A DNA stretch of 64,000 bases, taken from Thermodesulfobacteriota bacterium (GTDB lineage: Bacteria > Desulfobacterota > Desulfobulbia > Desulfobulbales > SURF-16). The notes below the pieces were generated by a model, which had not been told where the DNA came from, did not search any database, and saw only the letters and a program-made list of their open reading frames with translations. The stretch's first letter is position 1. Each line of letters opens with the position of its first letter. Positions 20,525 to 31,105 of the stretch are shown piece after piece. The translations under genes were made by a program, and so were the position numbers. Where the stretch lies: assembly GCA_040755455.1 (NCBI GenBank), contig JBFMAY010000020.1, forward strand, positions 1 to 64,000. Direction: 5' to 3'.

Positions 20525-23500
20525 TCATTGCCGCACAAAAAACTCCGTATCGTCCAGCAGCCCGGTTATCAGTGATTCTGGCACGGATGGGGATTGGGCC
20601 AGGGTGACGCCGCGCATGATGAGCGTAATCTCTTCTTGATTTAAAATTCCCTTGGGCAGGGCCTCGCCGTAGATCCATACCCCGGCTTCCCGGGCCGTGA
20701 CGGGTTGTTCGAGCCCGGCCCGGTCGGCTGCCGCGGCAAGCAGCGCGGAGAGGGTGAGTTCTACGGCGCTGTTGTGGCAGTGCTGTTCCATGAGCAGCCG
20801 GGCCGCCTGCAATTTTTCCGCAGCCAGGACCGCGAGTCTGGACATCCCGCCCTGATCCATATGCATGCTCGCATCATAATAGGTACGGCTGACGCTAACC
20901 GGGGAGGATGCCCCCAGCCGGCTGAGACCGTTCAACGTGCAGCGGTCAATGACCGCCACCGGCACCGTGCCGGATAAACGGGCCGCCACCTGGTCCGCCG
21001 CAGCGTCCACCCGATCGATGACCGCGAGCAATCCCCCGCCTGAACCGAGAATCCGCTCAATCCGTGCGCCCAGGGCCTGCTGAAGTTCTGTAATGCAAAG
21101 GGTGATCGCCTCTTCCACTGATCCGTCCGCCCCGTGTTTTTCAGCCAGTAGCGCCTGGCCTGTTGCCACGGCCGCCGGGGGGGCCGGCGTTTCCGTAATC
21201 TTCTCTGCCTCTGCGGCCGGTTCAGCCGGACCGGGCTGGGGAGCTGTCAGGTCTTCCACCAGGGCATCCAGCAGTTTTTTGGAGACACCCACCACATCTT
21301 CCGTGGCATCCTCGGAGATCACGTTGTCAAAAAGATGCTGCTTGCCCTGTACCAGGGAGAGGACGTGCTCTTCGTAGGAATCGGCGGCCACCATGGTGAT
21401 GATCTGCACCTTTCTGGTCTGGCCGAGGCGATGCACCCGGCCGTTACGCTGCTCCAGCACCGCGGGGTTCCAGGGCACATCAAGATTGACCAGCACCGAG
21501 CCGCTTTGCAGGTTGAGTCCCACCCCGCCCGCGTCGGTGGAGATGAAGACCTGCACGCCGTCGTCCTCGCGGAAGCGGTCCATCAGTTCACCGCGTTTGG
21601 CCGTGGGCACCCCGCCGTGCAGGCGGACAAAGCCGAGCTTCATCCGCCGCAGCCGCTCCTCCACCATCCTGGTCATCAGCTCCCACTGGGAAAAGACCAC
21701 GGCCTTGAGCCCGGACTGGATGCAGAGTTCATCGAGGATGTCGGCCAGCTCGTCGAGTTTGGGCGAGCCTTCGGTCTTCTTGTCCACCAGGCCGGCGGCA
21801 TTGCAGGCCATGCGCGCCTGCTGCAGGGCCGCCATCAGCCGGTTCTGCTCGGTGGGGGTAAGGGGCCGTTTCCTGGCGATGTCCGCTATGATGCCGGCGT
21901 TATGCATGGCAGCGTCATGCAGCTCAATCTGCTTGGCGGTCATCTCCACATCGAGCCGCTGAACGATGCGGTCCGGTAGCTGGTCCTTCACCAGCCGGCG
22001 GTCGCGGCGCAGCATCACCGGGGCGATGCGTTGCCGCAGCAGGGAAAGATTGCGGTAACCCAGCACCTTGCCCCGTTCGTCGGTGACGTGAAAATCGATC
22101 AGGTAACGCCACAGGGGACCCAGAATTTTCGGGTCCACCACCTGCATCAGGCTGTAGAGATCCTCCAGACGGTTTTCCAGGGGGGTGCCGGACAGGACAA
22201 AGGCGAAACGGCTGGTCACCAGCTTGACCGCTGAGGCGATCTTGGTGCGCCAGTTCTTGATGCGCTGGGCCTCGTCCAGAATCAGCAGATCCGGCCTGAG
22301 AGTTTCGTTGATCACCGAAAGGTCCCGCAGGAGCAGCTCATAGTTGATGATGAAAAAGAGGCTGTCGCGCCGGTACTGGGCTTCTCGGGCCGGGGGTGGG
22401 CCTTGGATCACCTGACATTGCTGATCGGCGAACTTATTGATTTCCCGCGCCCACTGCTGTTTCAGGGAGGCGGGGCAGACAATGAGGGTTTTCCGGGCGT
22501 TTTCGTGTTCCTGCAGCCAGACGGCGGCGCTGATGGCCTGCAGGGTCTTGCCCAGTCCCATGTCATCGGCCAGCAGGGCGCGGCCGGTGCCGGCGAGGAA
22601 GGCGGTCCCTTCAATCTGATAGGGGTAAAGCCGGGCATGGATGCCGGGCAGTCTGCCGCTGCCTGATTTTATCTGCTTGCGGATTTCCATGGCGCGAAAC
22701 CGGTGGGCCGCAACCATGGCCAGGTGCCGGGCATATTCAGCCGCATCCTCGCCGATTTTGATGTCGTCCCGCTCGGCGGCCGTTTCCTGAAAACGGAAGA
22801 AACTGTCTGGCAAACTGCCCTGCAGAACGCCCGCCGCATCAAAATAACCGGCCAGGATGGCCTGCAGATCTTCCGGCATGGTCTGGGGGCGGTGCAGACG
22901 GAGCCGGGGCGCGTTCTCCACGTCCCAGGCCAGGTAAACATAGGGGAAGGGGGCGGGTTGTTTGCGGAACTTATCGTATTTGGGGTGTTTTCTGATCTTG
23001 TGCAGCACGGCCTCGATATGCTTGCAGGTGCCGAGCTGATTGTTGGCGAAATCAGGGCAGGTGCAGAAGTTGGCCCGGCGATGGAGACTGCGGACCGTTA
23101 CCCGGTAGCTGCGCGGGAAGTGGGTGGAGGAGGTTACTGAGGAGGCCCGCCAGTCGCCGAACCAGGATGCGCCGTCCAGCGGTTCCACCCGCACCTCGGA
23201 GCGTCCCCGTTTCATGCGCTCCTTGACGGCATTGTCCGCGGCGCTCAGCAGGCCGGCCGTTGCCTCGCGCTGGTCGGCATAGGCATACAGCACGGCCACC
23301 ATATGCCGGCAGGCCGCACCTTCAGCACCGGCCGCGCACTGGCAGGTGAAAAAGGGGGGCTTCCCTTCGGACAGACGCATTTCGGCGTCAAAAGGGGTGT
23401 CGGAATCCTCGTCCTCCACCCTGCCCCAGAGTATTTCCGCATCATGCGCGAGGTCGATGACCCTGTTTTCCTTATGATAGGCCAGTCCCTGGCGGATGGT

Positions 23501-23596
23501 TTTTTCATCGGCTATTGCCTGCAGATCTTCAGTGTCAAAAAAATAGGGGTCGCGGTCCCTGGAAGCGCTTGTATCTGGCATTGTTTTTTTCTTCAT
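20525..23596 (-). CDS. SNF2-family helicase with two SWIM zinc fingers and a C-terminal extension
   Basis: CQC...CRH and CTC...CKH SWIM motifs; ADDMGLGKT, DEAQ, SGTPLEN, VFSQW, AGGVGLNL, QRNGRVHRLGQ. Confidence 0.9.
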   Translation of the reverse strand: MKKKTMPDTSASRDRDPYFFDTEDLQAIADEKTIRQGLAYHKENRVIDLAHDAEILWGRVEDEDSDTPFDAEMRLSEGKPPFFTCQCAAGAEGAACRHMVAVLYAYADQREATAGLLSAADNAVKERMKRGRSEVRVEPLDGASWFGDWRASSVTSSTHFPRSYRVTVRSLHRRANFCTCPDFANNQLGTCKHIEAVLHKIRKHPKYDKFRKQPAPFPYVYLAWDVENAPRLRLHRPQTMPEDLQAILAGYFDAAGVLQGSLPDSFFRFQETAAERDDIKIGEDAAEYARHLAMVAAHRFRAMEIRKQIKSGSGRLPGIHARLYPYQIEGTAFLAGTGRALLADDMGLGKTLQAISAAVWLQEHENARKTLIVCPASLKQQWAREINKFADQQCQVIQGPPPAREAQYRRDSLFFIINYELLLRDLSVINETLRPDLLILDEAQRIKNWRTKIASAVKLVTSRFAFVLSGTPLENRLEDLYSLMQVVDPKILGPLWRYLIDFHVTDERGKVLGYRNLSLLRQRIAPVMLRRDRRLVKDQLPDRIVQRLDVEMTAKQIELHDAAMHNAGIIADIARKRPLTPTEQNRLMAALQQARMACNAAGLVDKKTEGSPKLDELADILDELCIQSGLKAVVFSQWELMTRMVEERLRRMKLGFVRLHGGVPTAKRGELMDRFREDDGVQVFISTDAGGVGLNLQSGSVLVNLDVPWNPAVLEQRNGRVHRLGQTRKVQIITMVAADSYEEHVLSLVQGKQHLFDNVISEDATEDVVGVSKKLLDALVEDLTAPQPGPAEPAAEAEKITETPAPPAAVATGQALLAEKHGADGSVEEAITLCITELQQALGARIERILGSGGGLLAVIDRVDAAADQVAARLSGTVPVAVIDRCTLNGLSRLGASSPVSVSRTYYDASMHMDQGGMSRLAVLAAEKLQAARLLMEQHCHNSAVELTLSALLAAAADRAGLEQPVTAREAGVWIYGEALPKGILNQEEITLIMRGVTLAQSPSVPESLITGLLDDTEFFVRQ

Positions 23597-23726
23597 GTCT
23601 GATGTTATGAGGGGTGTGGCAGGGGTCTACAACATAATGACAAACTTGGGAAAAAACAATCAGAGCAGGGTCTCTTTCTCAGTTTTTTTTACCGGTGTTA
23701 CCGCTCATTTTGCCTGGCCGCCCCGG

Positions 23727-24266
23727 TCATTGACTTTTCTGCTGCAGCCGCATCAGGAGTTTTTGCGCCTCTGCCATCTCCTGGGGGGACATCTGCATGG
23801 CCAGGAGATCCCTGGTTTTGATGGCCTTTTTGTGTCCCTGGCTGGCGGCAAGCGAGATGAGGATATAGGCCTCGACAATATCCTGTTCCACCCCGTCGCC
23901 CACGGCATAGAGGCGGCCGAGATCGAACTGGGCGTCGGCATACCCCTGTTCGGCTGCCTTGCGAAACCACATTGCCGCCTTCTGGTAATCCCTGGGCAGG
24001 CCTTTGCCCAGGGCATACATGAGACCGAGATAATACTGGCCGTCGGCCTGGCCCTGCTCGGCCCGCTGGCGATACCAGATGATCGCCTCGGCATAGTCAT
24101 CCGATACATTCTGCGCCATGAGAAAATGACGGGGTACAGCAGTTGTCCGGATATCCATCCGGGCTGCCCGCTCACGGCCGAGCGCGCAGAGGCCGTCTTC
24201 CGACGGGCTGATGAAGGACATGAGCAGCAGAATAAGGGCGAGGGAAAAAGCAGGTCTTTTTTTCAT
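23727..24266 (-). CDS. Sel1-like repeat protein, probably exported
   Basis: AEQG..AQ..LG..YA.G.G repeats; N-terminal signal-like sequence. Confidence 0.8.
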   Translation of the reverse strand: MKKRPAFSLALILLLMSFISPSEDGLCALGRERAARMDIRTTAVPRHFLMAQNVSDDYAEAIIWYRQRAEQGQADGQYYLGLMYALGKGLPRDYQKAAMWFRKAAEQGYADAQFDLGRLYAVGDGVEQDIVEAYILISLAASQGHKKAIKTRDLLAMQMSPQEMAEAQKLLMRLQQKSQ

Positions 24267-24630
24267 TGGCGGTTGGGGGCAGGTATTTTTTTCTTATGTT
24301 CCGATCAGGATGCGGACCGGTTTGATTGCTGCGTCAGCAGAATATACCAGAAAACAGAAAAAATGATGAGAGAGAAAAACGCGGGGTATCGATCGTTGTG
24401 CTGGTGTCCTGGTGATGGACTCAGTTTGTCAAGCACAGCAGGGACGGAAAACTGTTTTGCTAAACGCAGCCGGTCAACCTCCGCTTCCCCGGCGGGGAAG
24501 CGGACCTGCCGTGATTTTTTTCTGCGAAGAAAGCGCCGATGGGGAGAGGGGCCGACGTGGGCCTTGTGTGCCCCTTAGGGAGAAGGGCCGGCAATAGCGA
24601 CCGCCGGTGGTCGCGCGGGCTGGCCGTTTT

Positions 24631-24972
24631 TCAGGCCACCAGTTCTATGCCATATCTCCCGGCGCCCCTGTTTTGTAAAGCCAACTCGGTGGTGACGGCC
24701 CTGTTCTGCGTATTGAGCTCGAAACGTGAACGATTGAGGGCGGGGTCAACTTCCTGCGCGGTAGGGGGTGTCAGGTCATAGCCGGTTCGGATCTTCGCCT
24801 CCTTGGCGACCTGTTGTGCCTGTTCAGATATCCGCACCTGATAGGCCTCGTTTTCAGCCACCTTATCCGGCGCCTGGGGGTTGTCCTCGGCCAGATCTTT
24901 ATTGGCCGCCAGGTTCAGTTTATAGAGATTGGTCACGGAAAGACCAGTGGAATTCGGTGTTTGAACAGCCAT
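24631..24972 (-). CDS. Hypothetical protein
   Basis: GGAGGG RBS, plausible low-complexity protein downstream of motB. Confidence 0.6.
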   Translation of the reverse strand: MAVQTPNSTGLSVTNLYKLNLAANKDLAEDNPQAPDKVAENEAYQVRISEQAQQVAKEAKIRTGYDLTPPTAQEVDPALNRSRFELNTQNRAVTTELALQNRGAGRYGIELVA

Positions 24973-25040
24973 TCTTTTCCCTCCAGCAAAGTTATTCAGA
25001 AGACAGTATGCATGACAGCTGCAAAAATCCGGGCAATATG

Positions 25041-25090
25041 GCTAAGCCGTTGTAAATAAAAAACATGGCCATCTGCATGCCCAGAACGGC
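25041..25090. repeat. Dispersed intergenic repeat, copy 1
   Basis: GCTAAGCCGTTGTAAA identical to 37226-37241; similarity continues through AACATGG.CAT and CCA.AACGGC. Confidence 0.65.
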
Positions 25091-25293
25091 TCCTGAGCAG
25101 GCCGTCAGGGGTGAGATCTAACCCGGCAATGTCAGCTCCATGGCAACCGGAAACAGTGAAAAAACGCATTATATAGCTGTTCGGAACAATACATCAGGAA
25201 CTTTACGATTTTTTTTGCGCATTGGACGGGTCAAGCAACTTTTCCGGCAGTATCATTTTTTTTAATGAAGTCCGTTGGTTCGCGCGGGGATCA

Positions 25294-26097
25294 TCACTCT
25301 TCCGGGCGGATGGAGCGCCCGGGTTCACTCTGCTGGGCGTCCCTGGAGAGGAGGACGATATCCACCCGGCGGTTCTTGGCCCGGCCGCTCTCCGTGCTGT
25401 TGTCGGCAATGGGGCGGTATTCGCCGTAGCCGACCGCGGAAAGTCTGGCTGGTGGAAAATGCAGGGCATCAATCAGATAACGGACCATGGAGGTGGAGCG
25501 GGCAGTGGAGAGTTCCCAGTTTGACCGGATGGTTTTGGAAGTGACCGGCACATTGTCCGTGTGGCCTTCTATCTTGACATCATTGGCATATCCCTGGATC
25601 GATTTGGCAATTTCCTCCAGCAGCGGCAGTGAGGATGGTTGCATTTCAGCGCTGCCGGAGTCGAAGAACCCGGCCTCCTTGAGGCTGATGACGAGACCCC
25701 GTTTTGTGACGGTGAGTTTGATTTTGTCCTGATTGCCCTTGGCGGCCAGCATGCCGGAAATTTCTTTTTTGATATTGCTGAATTCTTCCTCTTCCGCATA
25801 GGGATGCGATGAGTCGGTCTCGGATTCGTTGGCAGACTCCCGTGATTGGGGTTCAGGGGCGGGAATAGGGGCGAGATCAAGGGAATCGATGATTCGCATC
25901 TCAGGCGTTGAAGTGGTCTGGACCATACCAAAGGCCTCGCGGATGGACCTGGACACCTCCTCAACTTTCTTCTTGTCTGACTGGGACATGGCATAGAGAA
26001 CCACAAAAACGGCGAAAAGCAGAGTGATGAAGTCGGCATAGGAGACCAGCCATCTTTCCAGGTTCGGCTCTTTTTCGTGTTTTGGTTTTTTTCGCAT
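25294..26097 (-). CDS. motB: Flagellar stator protein MotB (OmpA-like domain)
   Basis: ERWLVSYADFITLL, EGHTDN, NWELSTAR, NRRVDI. Confidence 0.92.
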   Translation of the reverse strand: MRKKPKHEKEPNLERWLVSYADFITLLFAVFVVLYAMSQSDKKKVEEVSRSIREAFGMVQTTSTPEMRIIDSLDLAPIPAPEPQSRESANESETDSSHPYAEEEEFSNIKKEISGMLAAKGNQDKIKLTVTKRGLVISLKEAGFFDSGSAEMQPSSLPLLEEIAKSIQGYANDVKIEGHTDNVPVTSKTIRSNWELSTARSTSMVRYLIDALHFPPARLSAVGYGEYRPIADNSTESGRAKNRRVDIVLLSRDAQQSEPGRSIRPEE

Positions 26098-26127
26098 CAA
26101 CTTTCCCTTATAAGTCGGCAAATAACT

Positions 26128-26889
26128 TTATTGTTGTTCCTGCTGTTTTTCGAGATAGAATCCCTGGAGTTTTTCCACAATGAAGCGCGGATTCACCCCT
26201 TCCAGGATGTCCAGCAGTCCCTTCAGGATGAGTTCCTTGATCAGCAGCTCTTCCTTCATCCGTCTTTTCAGCTTGGTGCTGATGGGAATACAGACGATGT
26301 TGGCCGTCATCAGTCCATAGATGGTGGCGACAAAGGCAACGGCAATTCCTTCACCCAGTTTCGAGGTGTCGGAGAGATTGTGCATGACAGCGATAAGTCC
26401 GAGCACCGCACCGATGATGCCGATGGTGGGGGCAAAACCGCCGGCTGACTCGAATACTTCGGCGCTCCCTTTGCTTTCCTCCTCAAAGGCGTTGATTTCA
26501 ATGCCCAGAAATTCCTCCAGCTGTTTGGCGTCACCGCCGTCCACCATGATGGAAATGCCCTTGCGGATAAAGCGGTCGGAGGTTTTCTTGGCCTCATCCT
26601 CCAGGACCAGCAGGCCATTGCGTCTGGCCTTGTCCGCGTAACCGGCCAGCTGCTTGATGATTTCCCCCGGGTCTTTTTCCTCATAAAACAAAGCGATTTT
26701 TATATCCCGCACGGCCCGCAGGAGCAATTTGAGAGGAAAGGAAACAAAGGTGGCGCCCATGGTGCCGCCTACCACAATAAGGAAGGCGGTGGGTTGCACA
26801 AGGGCCATGATCGAACCGCCTTCAAGCACCTGACCGCCGAGGACCGCGCCGAAACCGAGAAATAAACCGATAAGAGTGGCTTTATCCAT
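26128..26889 (-). CDS. motA: Flagellar stator protein MotA
   Basis: ARRNGLLVLE, GGFAPTIGIIGAVLGLI, AFVATIYG, GVNP. Confidence 0.92.
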   Translation of the reverse strand: MDKATLIGLFLGFGAVLGGQVLEGGSIMALVQPTAFLIVVGGTMGATFVSFPLKLLLRAVRDIKIALFYEEKDPGEIIKQLAGYADKARRNGLLVLEDEAKKTSDRFIRKGISIMVDGGDAKQLEEFLGIEINAFEEESKGSAEVFESAGGFAPTIGIIGAVLGLIAVMHNLSDTSKLGEGIAVAFVATIYGLMTANIVCIPISTKLKRRMKEELLIKELILKGLLDILEGVNPRFIVEKLQGFYLEKQQEQQ

Positions 26890-27120
26890 GATGAAAAATT
26901 CTTAAAAGCATAAGGAGCTCTGTTCAGTCATCCTGTAGTGGAAAGGCTGGCCTCGTTACCCGCAACCGGTGACTCCCGAAAATTGTGTGATGGTGATTTG
27001 CTGAAACGAATACTTTTAGAAGATTTTTAACAGAGGCGATATTTTTCTTCCGGATCTAATATTACTCTATTTTCAACCCTGTTGAAAAATAATTTAATGG
27101 GGTGGCCGCATTTTCGGATA

Positions 27121-27855
27121 TCAGGGCAATGGGGCATGGCGGAGATTGATCTCGGCGTCAGAGGCCCGGACATACAGGGGAACGCAGCCCCCTGGATCAA
27201 GAAATTCCTTTTTCCGCCAGCGGGACAGGGCAAGAAAGCCGATGCTTGAGGCCTTGGCAAAGTAAAGCTGTTCCGGGGCAAAAACCGCCAGCTCGCCCAG
27301 TTTTTCCCGCAGCAGACCGCTGTGAACCGCAATGCCGTCTCCGGCAAAGAGGGTGGGTTCGGTGATCTGTCCGGCCAGCTCTGCCGCGGGGATGACGAGA
27401 TATTCGCTCCGCCGCTGCATAATGCCCCTGTCGTCGGTTTGGTAAAGGGCGGTGTAGACCTCGTTTTTTCTGGCATCTAGCATCGGGCAGAGGGGCATTG
27501 CCGTGCCGGTGAACTGGCTGGCCAGGCCGTCAAGGGTGGGAACACCGATCAGCGGGATGGAGGTGGCCAGGGCAAGACCTTTGACCGTGCTGAGGCCGAT
27601 GCGCAGGCCGGTGAAGCTGCCCGGCCCCAGGCTGATGGCAATGGCGTCGATCATCTCCCATGCCACCCGGCATTCAGTCATGACCCTTTCCACGGTGGCG
27701 AGCAGCCTTTGGGAATGGGTCAGTTTTGACAGCAGACTCTGTTCGGCAATGCAGTGGGAACCGCTTACCAGGGCGATGCTGCCGCACATGCCGGAATTCT
27801 CGACGGCCAGAATAAGGGGCGGCTGCCTGGTCAAGTCTTTGGTGTCAGGGGCCAT
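27121..27855 (-). CDS. tsaB: tRNA threonylcarbamoyladenosine biosynthesis protein
   Basis: HSQRL, GPGSFTGLRIG, DARKNEVY, PLYVR. Confidence 0.92.
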   Translation of the reverse strand: MAPDTKDLTRQPPLILAVENSGMCGSIALVSGSHCIAEQSLLSKLTHSQRLLATVERVMTECRVAWEMIDAIAISLGPGSFTGLRIGLSTVKGLALATSIPLIGVPTLDGLASQFTGTAMPLCPMLDARKNEVYTALYQTDDRGIMQRRSEYLVIPAAELAGQITEPTLFAGDGIAVHSGLLREKLGELAVFAPEQLYFAKASSIGFLALSRWRKKEFLDPGGCVPLYVRASDAEINLRHAPLP

Positions 27856-27891
27856 CGGCAATTCTCCATCGGCAGCAGTCGCAGCCGCTGC

Positions 27892-28968
27892 TTACCCTTT
27901 GCTGAAAATACGGACAATGTCGTTGTAGAAGACAAAGATCATCAGGCTGCCAAGGAGCAGCAGACCGAGCTGCTGCAGTTTTTCCAGGGTGTTCTGTTCC
28001 AGGGGTTTGCGCCGCACGGCCTCAAGGGTGTACAGGACCAGATGGCCGCCATCCAGGACGGGGATGGGAAAGAGGTTGAGGATACCCAGGTTGACGCTCA
28101 GCAGCCCGATGAAATAGGACAGATTGATCCAGCCGGCCTCCATCTGCTGACCCGCCATCTGGGCAATGAGGATGGGTCCGCCGAGTTCAGAGGCCGGCAC
28201 CACCCGCTGGATGATTTTAACGATGCCCATGATGGTGAGGTAGATGAAGGTCCAGGTCTGGCTGAGCCCGGCCATGAAGGCCTCGGGGATGGAGGCCTTT
28301 TCATAGGTGACTTCGCTGCTGCGGGAGATGCCCAGCATGAAACGTTCATCCACCACCTCGCCGAAGATATTTTTGACCTCCTGTCTTTCCGGCTGGCCGG
28401 TTGTGGCAATCTCTTCTCCCCCACGGGAGATGACCAGGGCCACCGGCTTGCCGTTTGATTCACGGATGAGCCGGGAGACATCATCCCAGTCCGCGGTTTT
28501 CTCGCCGTTGATGGAGACGATGATATCCCCGGCCTTGAGCCCGGCCGCATCCGCCGGGGAGTGCTGGGTGATGGCGCCGATCTCCGTGCCTGCTTTGGGC
28601 ACCGGCAAACCGGCGATGGCAAAGATGGCAAAAAAGACGACAACCGCGAAAAAAAGATTGAAGGCCGGCCCGGCCAGAACGATCAAGAAACGTTTCCACA
28701 CGGGCTTATGGGCAAATGAATAGGGCTGCTCGGTGAAAGAGACCTCATCCTCCTTGTTTTCCCCGGTCATTTTTACATAACCGCCCAGGGGAAAGGCGCT
28801 GATCAGATATTCGGTGTCGCCATACTTTCTGCCATACACCTTCGGGCCGAAGCCCAGGGAGAATTTCAGCACCCGGACGCCGAAGAGCTTGGCGAAAAGG
28901 AAATGGCCGAACTCATGCACAAAGATCAGCAGGCCAAGAACGATGATAAAGGAGATGACGGAGTTCAT
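27892..28968 (-). CDS. rseP: RIP metalloprotease
   Basis: HEFGH, PDZ domain, [12 protein letters not shown]. Confidence 0.95.
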   Translation of the reverse strand: MNSVISFIIVLGLLIFVHEFGHFLFAKLFGVRVLKFSLGFGPKVYGRKYGDTEYLISAFPLGGYVKMTGENKEDEVSFTEQPYSFAHKPVWKRFLIVLAGPAFNLFFAVVVFFAIFAIAGLPVPKAGTEIGAITQHSPADAAGLKAGDIIVSINGEKTADWDDVSRLIRESNGKPVALVISRGGEEIATTGQPERQEVKNIFGEVVDERFMLGISRSSEVTYEKASIPEAFMAGLSQTWTFIYLTIMGIVKIIQRVVPASELGGPILIAQMAGQQMEAGWINLSYFIGLLSVNLGILNLFPIPVLDGGHLVLYTLEAVRRKPLEQNTLEKLQQLGLLLLGSLMIFVFYNDIVRIFSKG

Positions 28969-30200
28969 AATTTGACATTCAGGCCAGGGGGTAAATCAGG
29001 GGTATCATATTCCTGGCCAGTCCTCTGTTGAAATTTAATATGCAGTGCTGCAATAATTGACTCGGCCTGCATTCTGGCGGCAAGGTCGGCCTCTAAAATG
29101 GTCTCTATGTCTGTGATGTCTTTCCGGGTCAATCGGTTCAATGTTTCTGCCACGACAAGAGAAATTTCCGGGAAACGTATTTTCCTGTCGAGAAATGAAG
29201 CCACTGCCACCTCGTTGGCGGCATTGAGCACCGCCGGCATGGTGCCGCCCTGCTTGCAGGCGTGGTAGGCAAGTTTCAGGGCCGGGAATTTCTTGAAGTC
29301 CGGCGGCAGAAAACTAAGATCCATGCAGCGCGGCAGATTAAGCCGGGCCAGCCCGGTCTTGAGACGCTCCGGCCAGGAGAGGGCATAGGTGATCGGGATG
29401 CGCATGTCCGGGATGCCCATCTGGGCGATGACTGAGCCGTCAATATATTCCACCAGCGAGTGCACGATGCTCTGCGGATGGACCAGCACCTCAATATGCT
29501 CCACGTCGATGTCAAAAAGCCATCTGGCCTCGATGACCTCAAGGCCCTTGTTCATCAGGGTGGCCGAGTCGATGGAAATTTTGTTGCCCATGCTCCAGTT
29601 GGGGTGATTAATGGCCTCTTCCGGGGTGACGTCCCATAAATCCCGCTCGTTTTTTTCGCGGAAAGGGCCGCCCGAGGCAGTGAGGATGATTTTATGCACA
29701 TCCTCCCGGCGGCCGGCGGTCAGGGCCTGGAAGATGGCATTGTGCTCGCTGTCCACGGGAAGAATCTTGACCCTGTTGCGCCGGGCCTCGGCCATGACCA
29801 GATCACCGGCCATGACCAGGGTTTCCTTGTTGGCCAAGGCGATATTCTTGCCCGCCTTAATGGCGGCCAGGGTGGGCATCAGGCCCGCTGCCCCGACAAT
29901 GGCCGAGACCACGGTGTCGGCATGGGGAATGGTTGCCACCAGTTCGTTGCCTTCCCGGCCGAAGAAGATTTTTTCGCTCCAGCCGCCGGGCAGCCGCTGG
30001 GCCAGTTCCCGGGCAAGCTCTTCTGTTGCCACGGACACGGCGAGGGGATTGAAGGCCTCAATCTGGTCGCGCATCAGGGCTATGTTGCGGCCGGCGGCAA
30101 GGCCGACGATGCGGAAACGGCCCGGATACTGGCGGACAACCTTCAGCACGTTGCGGCCGATGGAACCGGTGGACCCTAAAAGAGAGATGTTTTTCTGCAT
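28965..30200 (-). CDS. dxr: 1-deoxy-D-xylulose-5-phosphate reductoisomerase
   Basis: [38 protein letters not shown]. Confidence 0.97.
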   Translation of the reverse strand: MQKNISLLGSTGSIGRNVLKVVRQYPGRFRIVGLAAGRNIALMRDQIEAFNPLAVSVATEELARELAQRLPGGWSEKIFFGREGNELVATIPHADTVVSAIVGAAGLMPTLAAIKAGKNIALANKETLVMAGDLVMAEARRNRVKILPVDSEHNAIFQALTAGRREDVHKIILTASGGPFREKNERDLWDVTPEEAINHPNWSMGNKISIDSATLMNKGLEVIEARWLFDIDVEHIEVLVHPQSIVHSLVEYIDGSVIAQMGIPDMRIPITYALSWPERLKTGLARLNLPRCMDLSFLPPDFKKFPALKLAYHACKQGGTMPAVLNAANEVAVASFLDRKIRFPEISLVVAETLNRLTRKDITDIETILEADLAARMQAESIIAALHIKFQQRTGQEYDTPDLPPGLNVKL

Positions 30201-30206
30201 TCCCCG

Positions 30207-31004
30207 TTACCCCAGAAGATGATATGTCACCAGATAATATAAAACCGGAGCCGTCAGCAGCAGGGAGTCGGCGCGATCAAGAATCCCCCCGTGCCCGGGC
30301 AGGATAGTGCCCGAATCCTTCACCCCCATGCTGCGTTTGACCAACGACTCGATCAGGTCGCCGACCACGCCGAGGGCGGCAAGAAACAGGGCTGCGGCGG
30401 CAAAACGCAACATATTGACATCGTTGAACAGAAAAACGGCAACCAGCAGGGCAAAGCCGGTGCCGCACAGCATGCCGCCGACAAATCCTTCCACGGTTTT
30501 CTTCGGGCTGATGGACGGACAGAGTTTGTGTCTGCCAAGTGACATGCCGGTAAAATAGGCCCCGGTGTCTGATGCCGCGGTGATAGTGGTCAGAAAAAGC
30601 AGCCATTTGGCGCCGGCGGGCATCGTCATGAAGAGAATGAGGTGGGCGGTGAAAAGGCCGGTATACATGACGCCGAAACTTGCCTTTAAAAGAAGATCAA
30701 AAGGTCTTTGCAGCTGCGCGGCCTTGAAGACCGTCAGCACGGCCAGCAGCATGAGGGCGGCGATAAACGAGACATAAACCAGATCAAGGCGCTGCCACCA
30801 GGTAACGGCAACAGGCAGCAGGGCAATGGCCGTCAGCTGCGGACGGAGGGTTTTCTCATCATTTTGCAGGCAGATGGCAAAGAACTCATGGGCGGCAATA
30901 AGGCTGATGGCCGCGATAACCAGCCAGAAGAGGATAAAAGACTGGGAATAGAGCAGGGCCAGCCAGCCGGCAACGGCGAGCAGTCCTGTGATGATTCGTT
31001 TCAT
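30207..31004 (-). CDS. cdsA: Phosphatidate cytidylyltransferase
   Basis: SDTGAYF, SPKKTVEG, KDSGTILPGHGGILDRADS. Confidence 0.95.
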   Translation of the reverse strand: MKRIITGLLAVAGWLALLYSQSFILFWLVIAAISLIAAHEFFAICLQNDEKTLRPQLTAIALLPVAVTWWQRLDLVYVSFIAALMLLAVLTVFKAAQLQRPFDLLLKASFGVMYTGLFTAHLILFMTMPAGAKWLLFLTTITAASDTGAYFTGMSLGRHKLCPSISPKKTVEGFVGGMLCGTGFALLVAVFLFNDVNMLRFAAAALFLAALGVVGDLIESLVKRSMGVKDSGTILPGHGGILDRADSLLLTAPVLYYLVTYHLLG

Positions 31005-31105
31005 GTCATTTCGGGTGTCACGTGCCGGAAAAATATCTGACACAGATGCGCAGAATATTAAAATAATGAAAATGTGCGGCGTGCCGGCGCATTTACCGAC
31101 TCGCT

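Noticed and set aside
18208..26889. motA-motB upstream of an SNF2 helicase, superficially like Zorya type I (zorABCD)
   Set aside because: MotA is a canonical 253-aa stator without the long ZorA tail, MotB has the flagellar W..YAD..TLL motif, and unrelated genes and long spacers separate them from the helicase.
27020..27095. CTGTTGAAAAA / TTTTTAACAG segments resembling IS termini
   Set aside because: Short, AT-rich, outward-facing and with no transposase remnant; may be chance.
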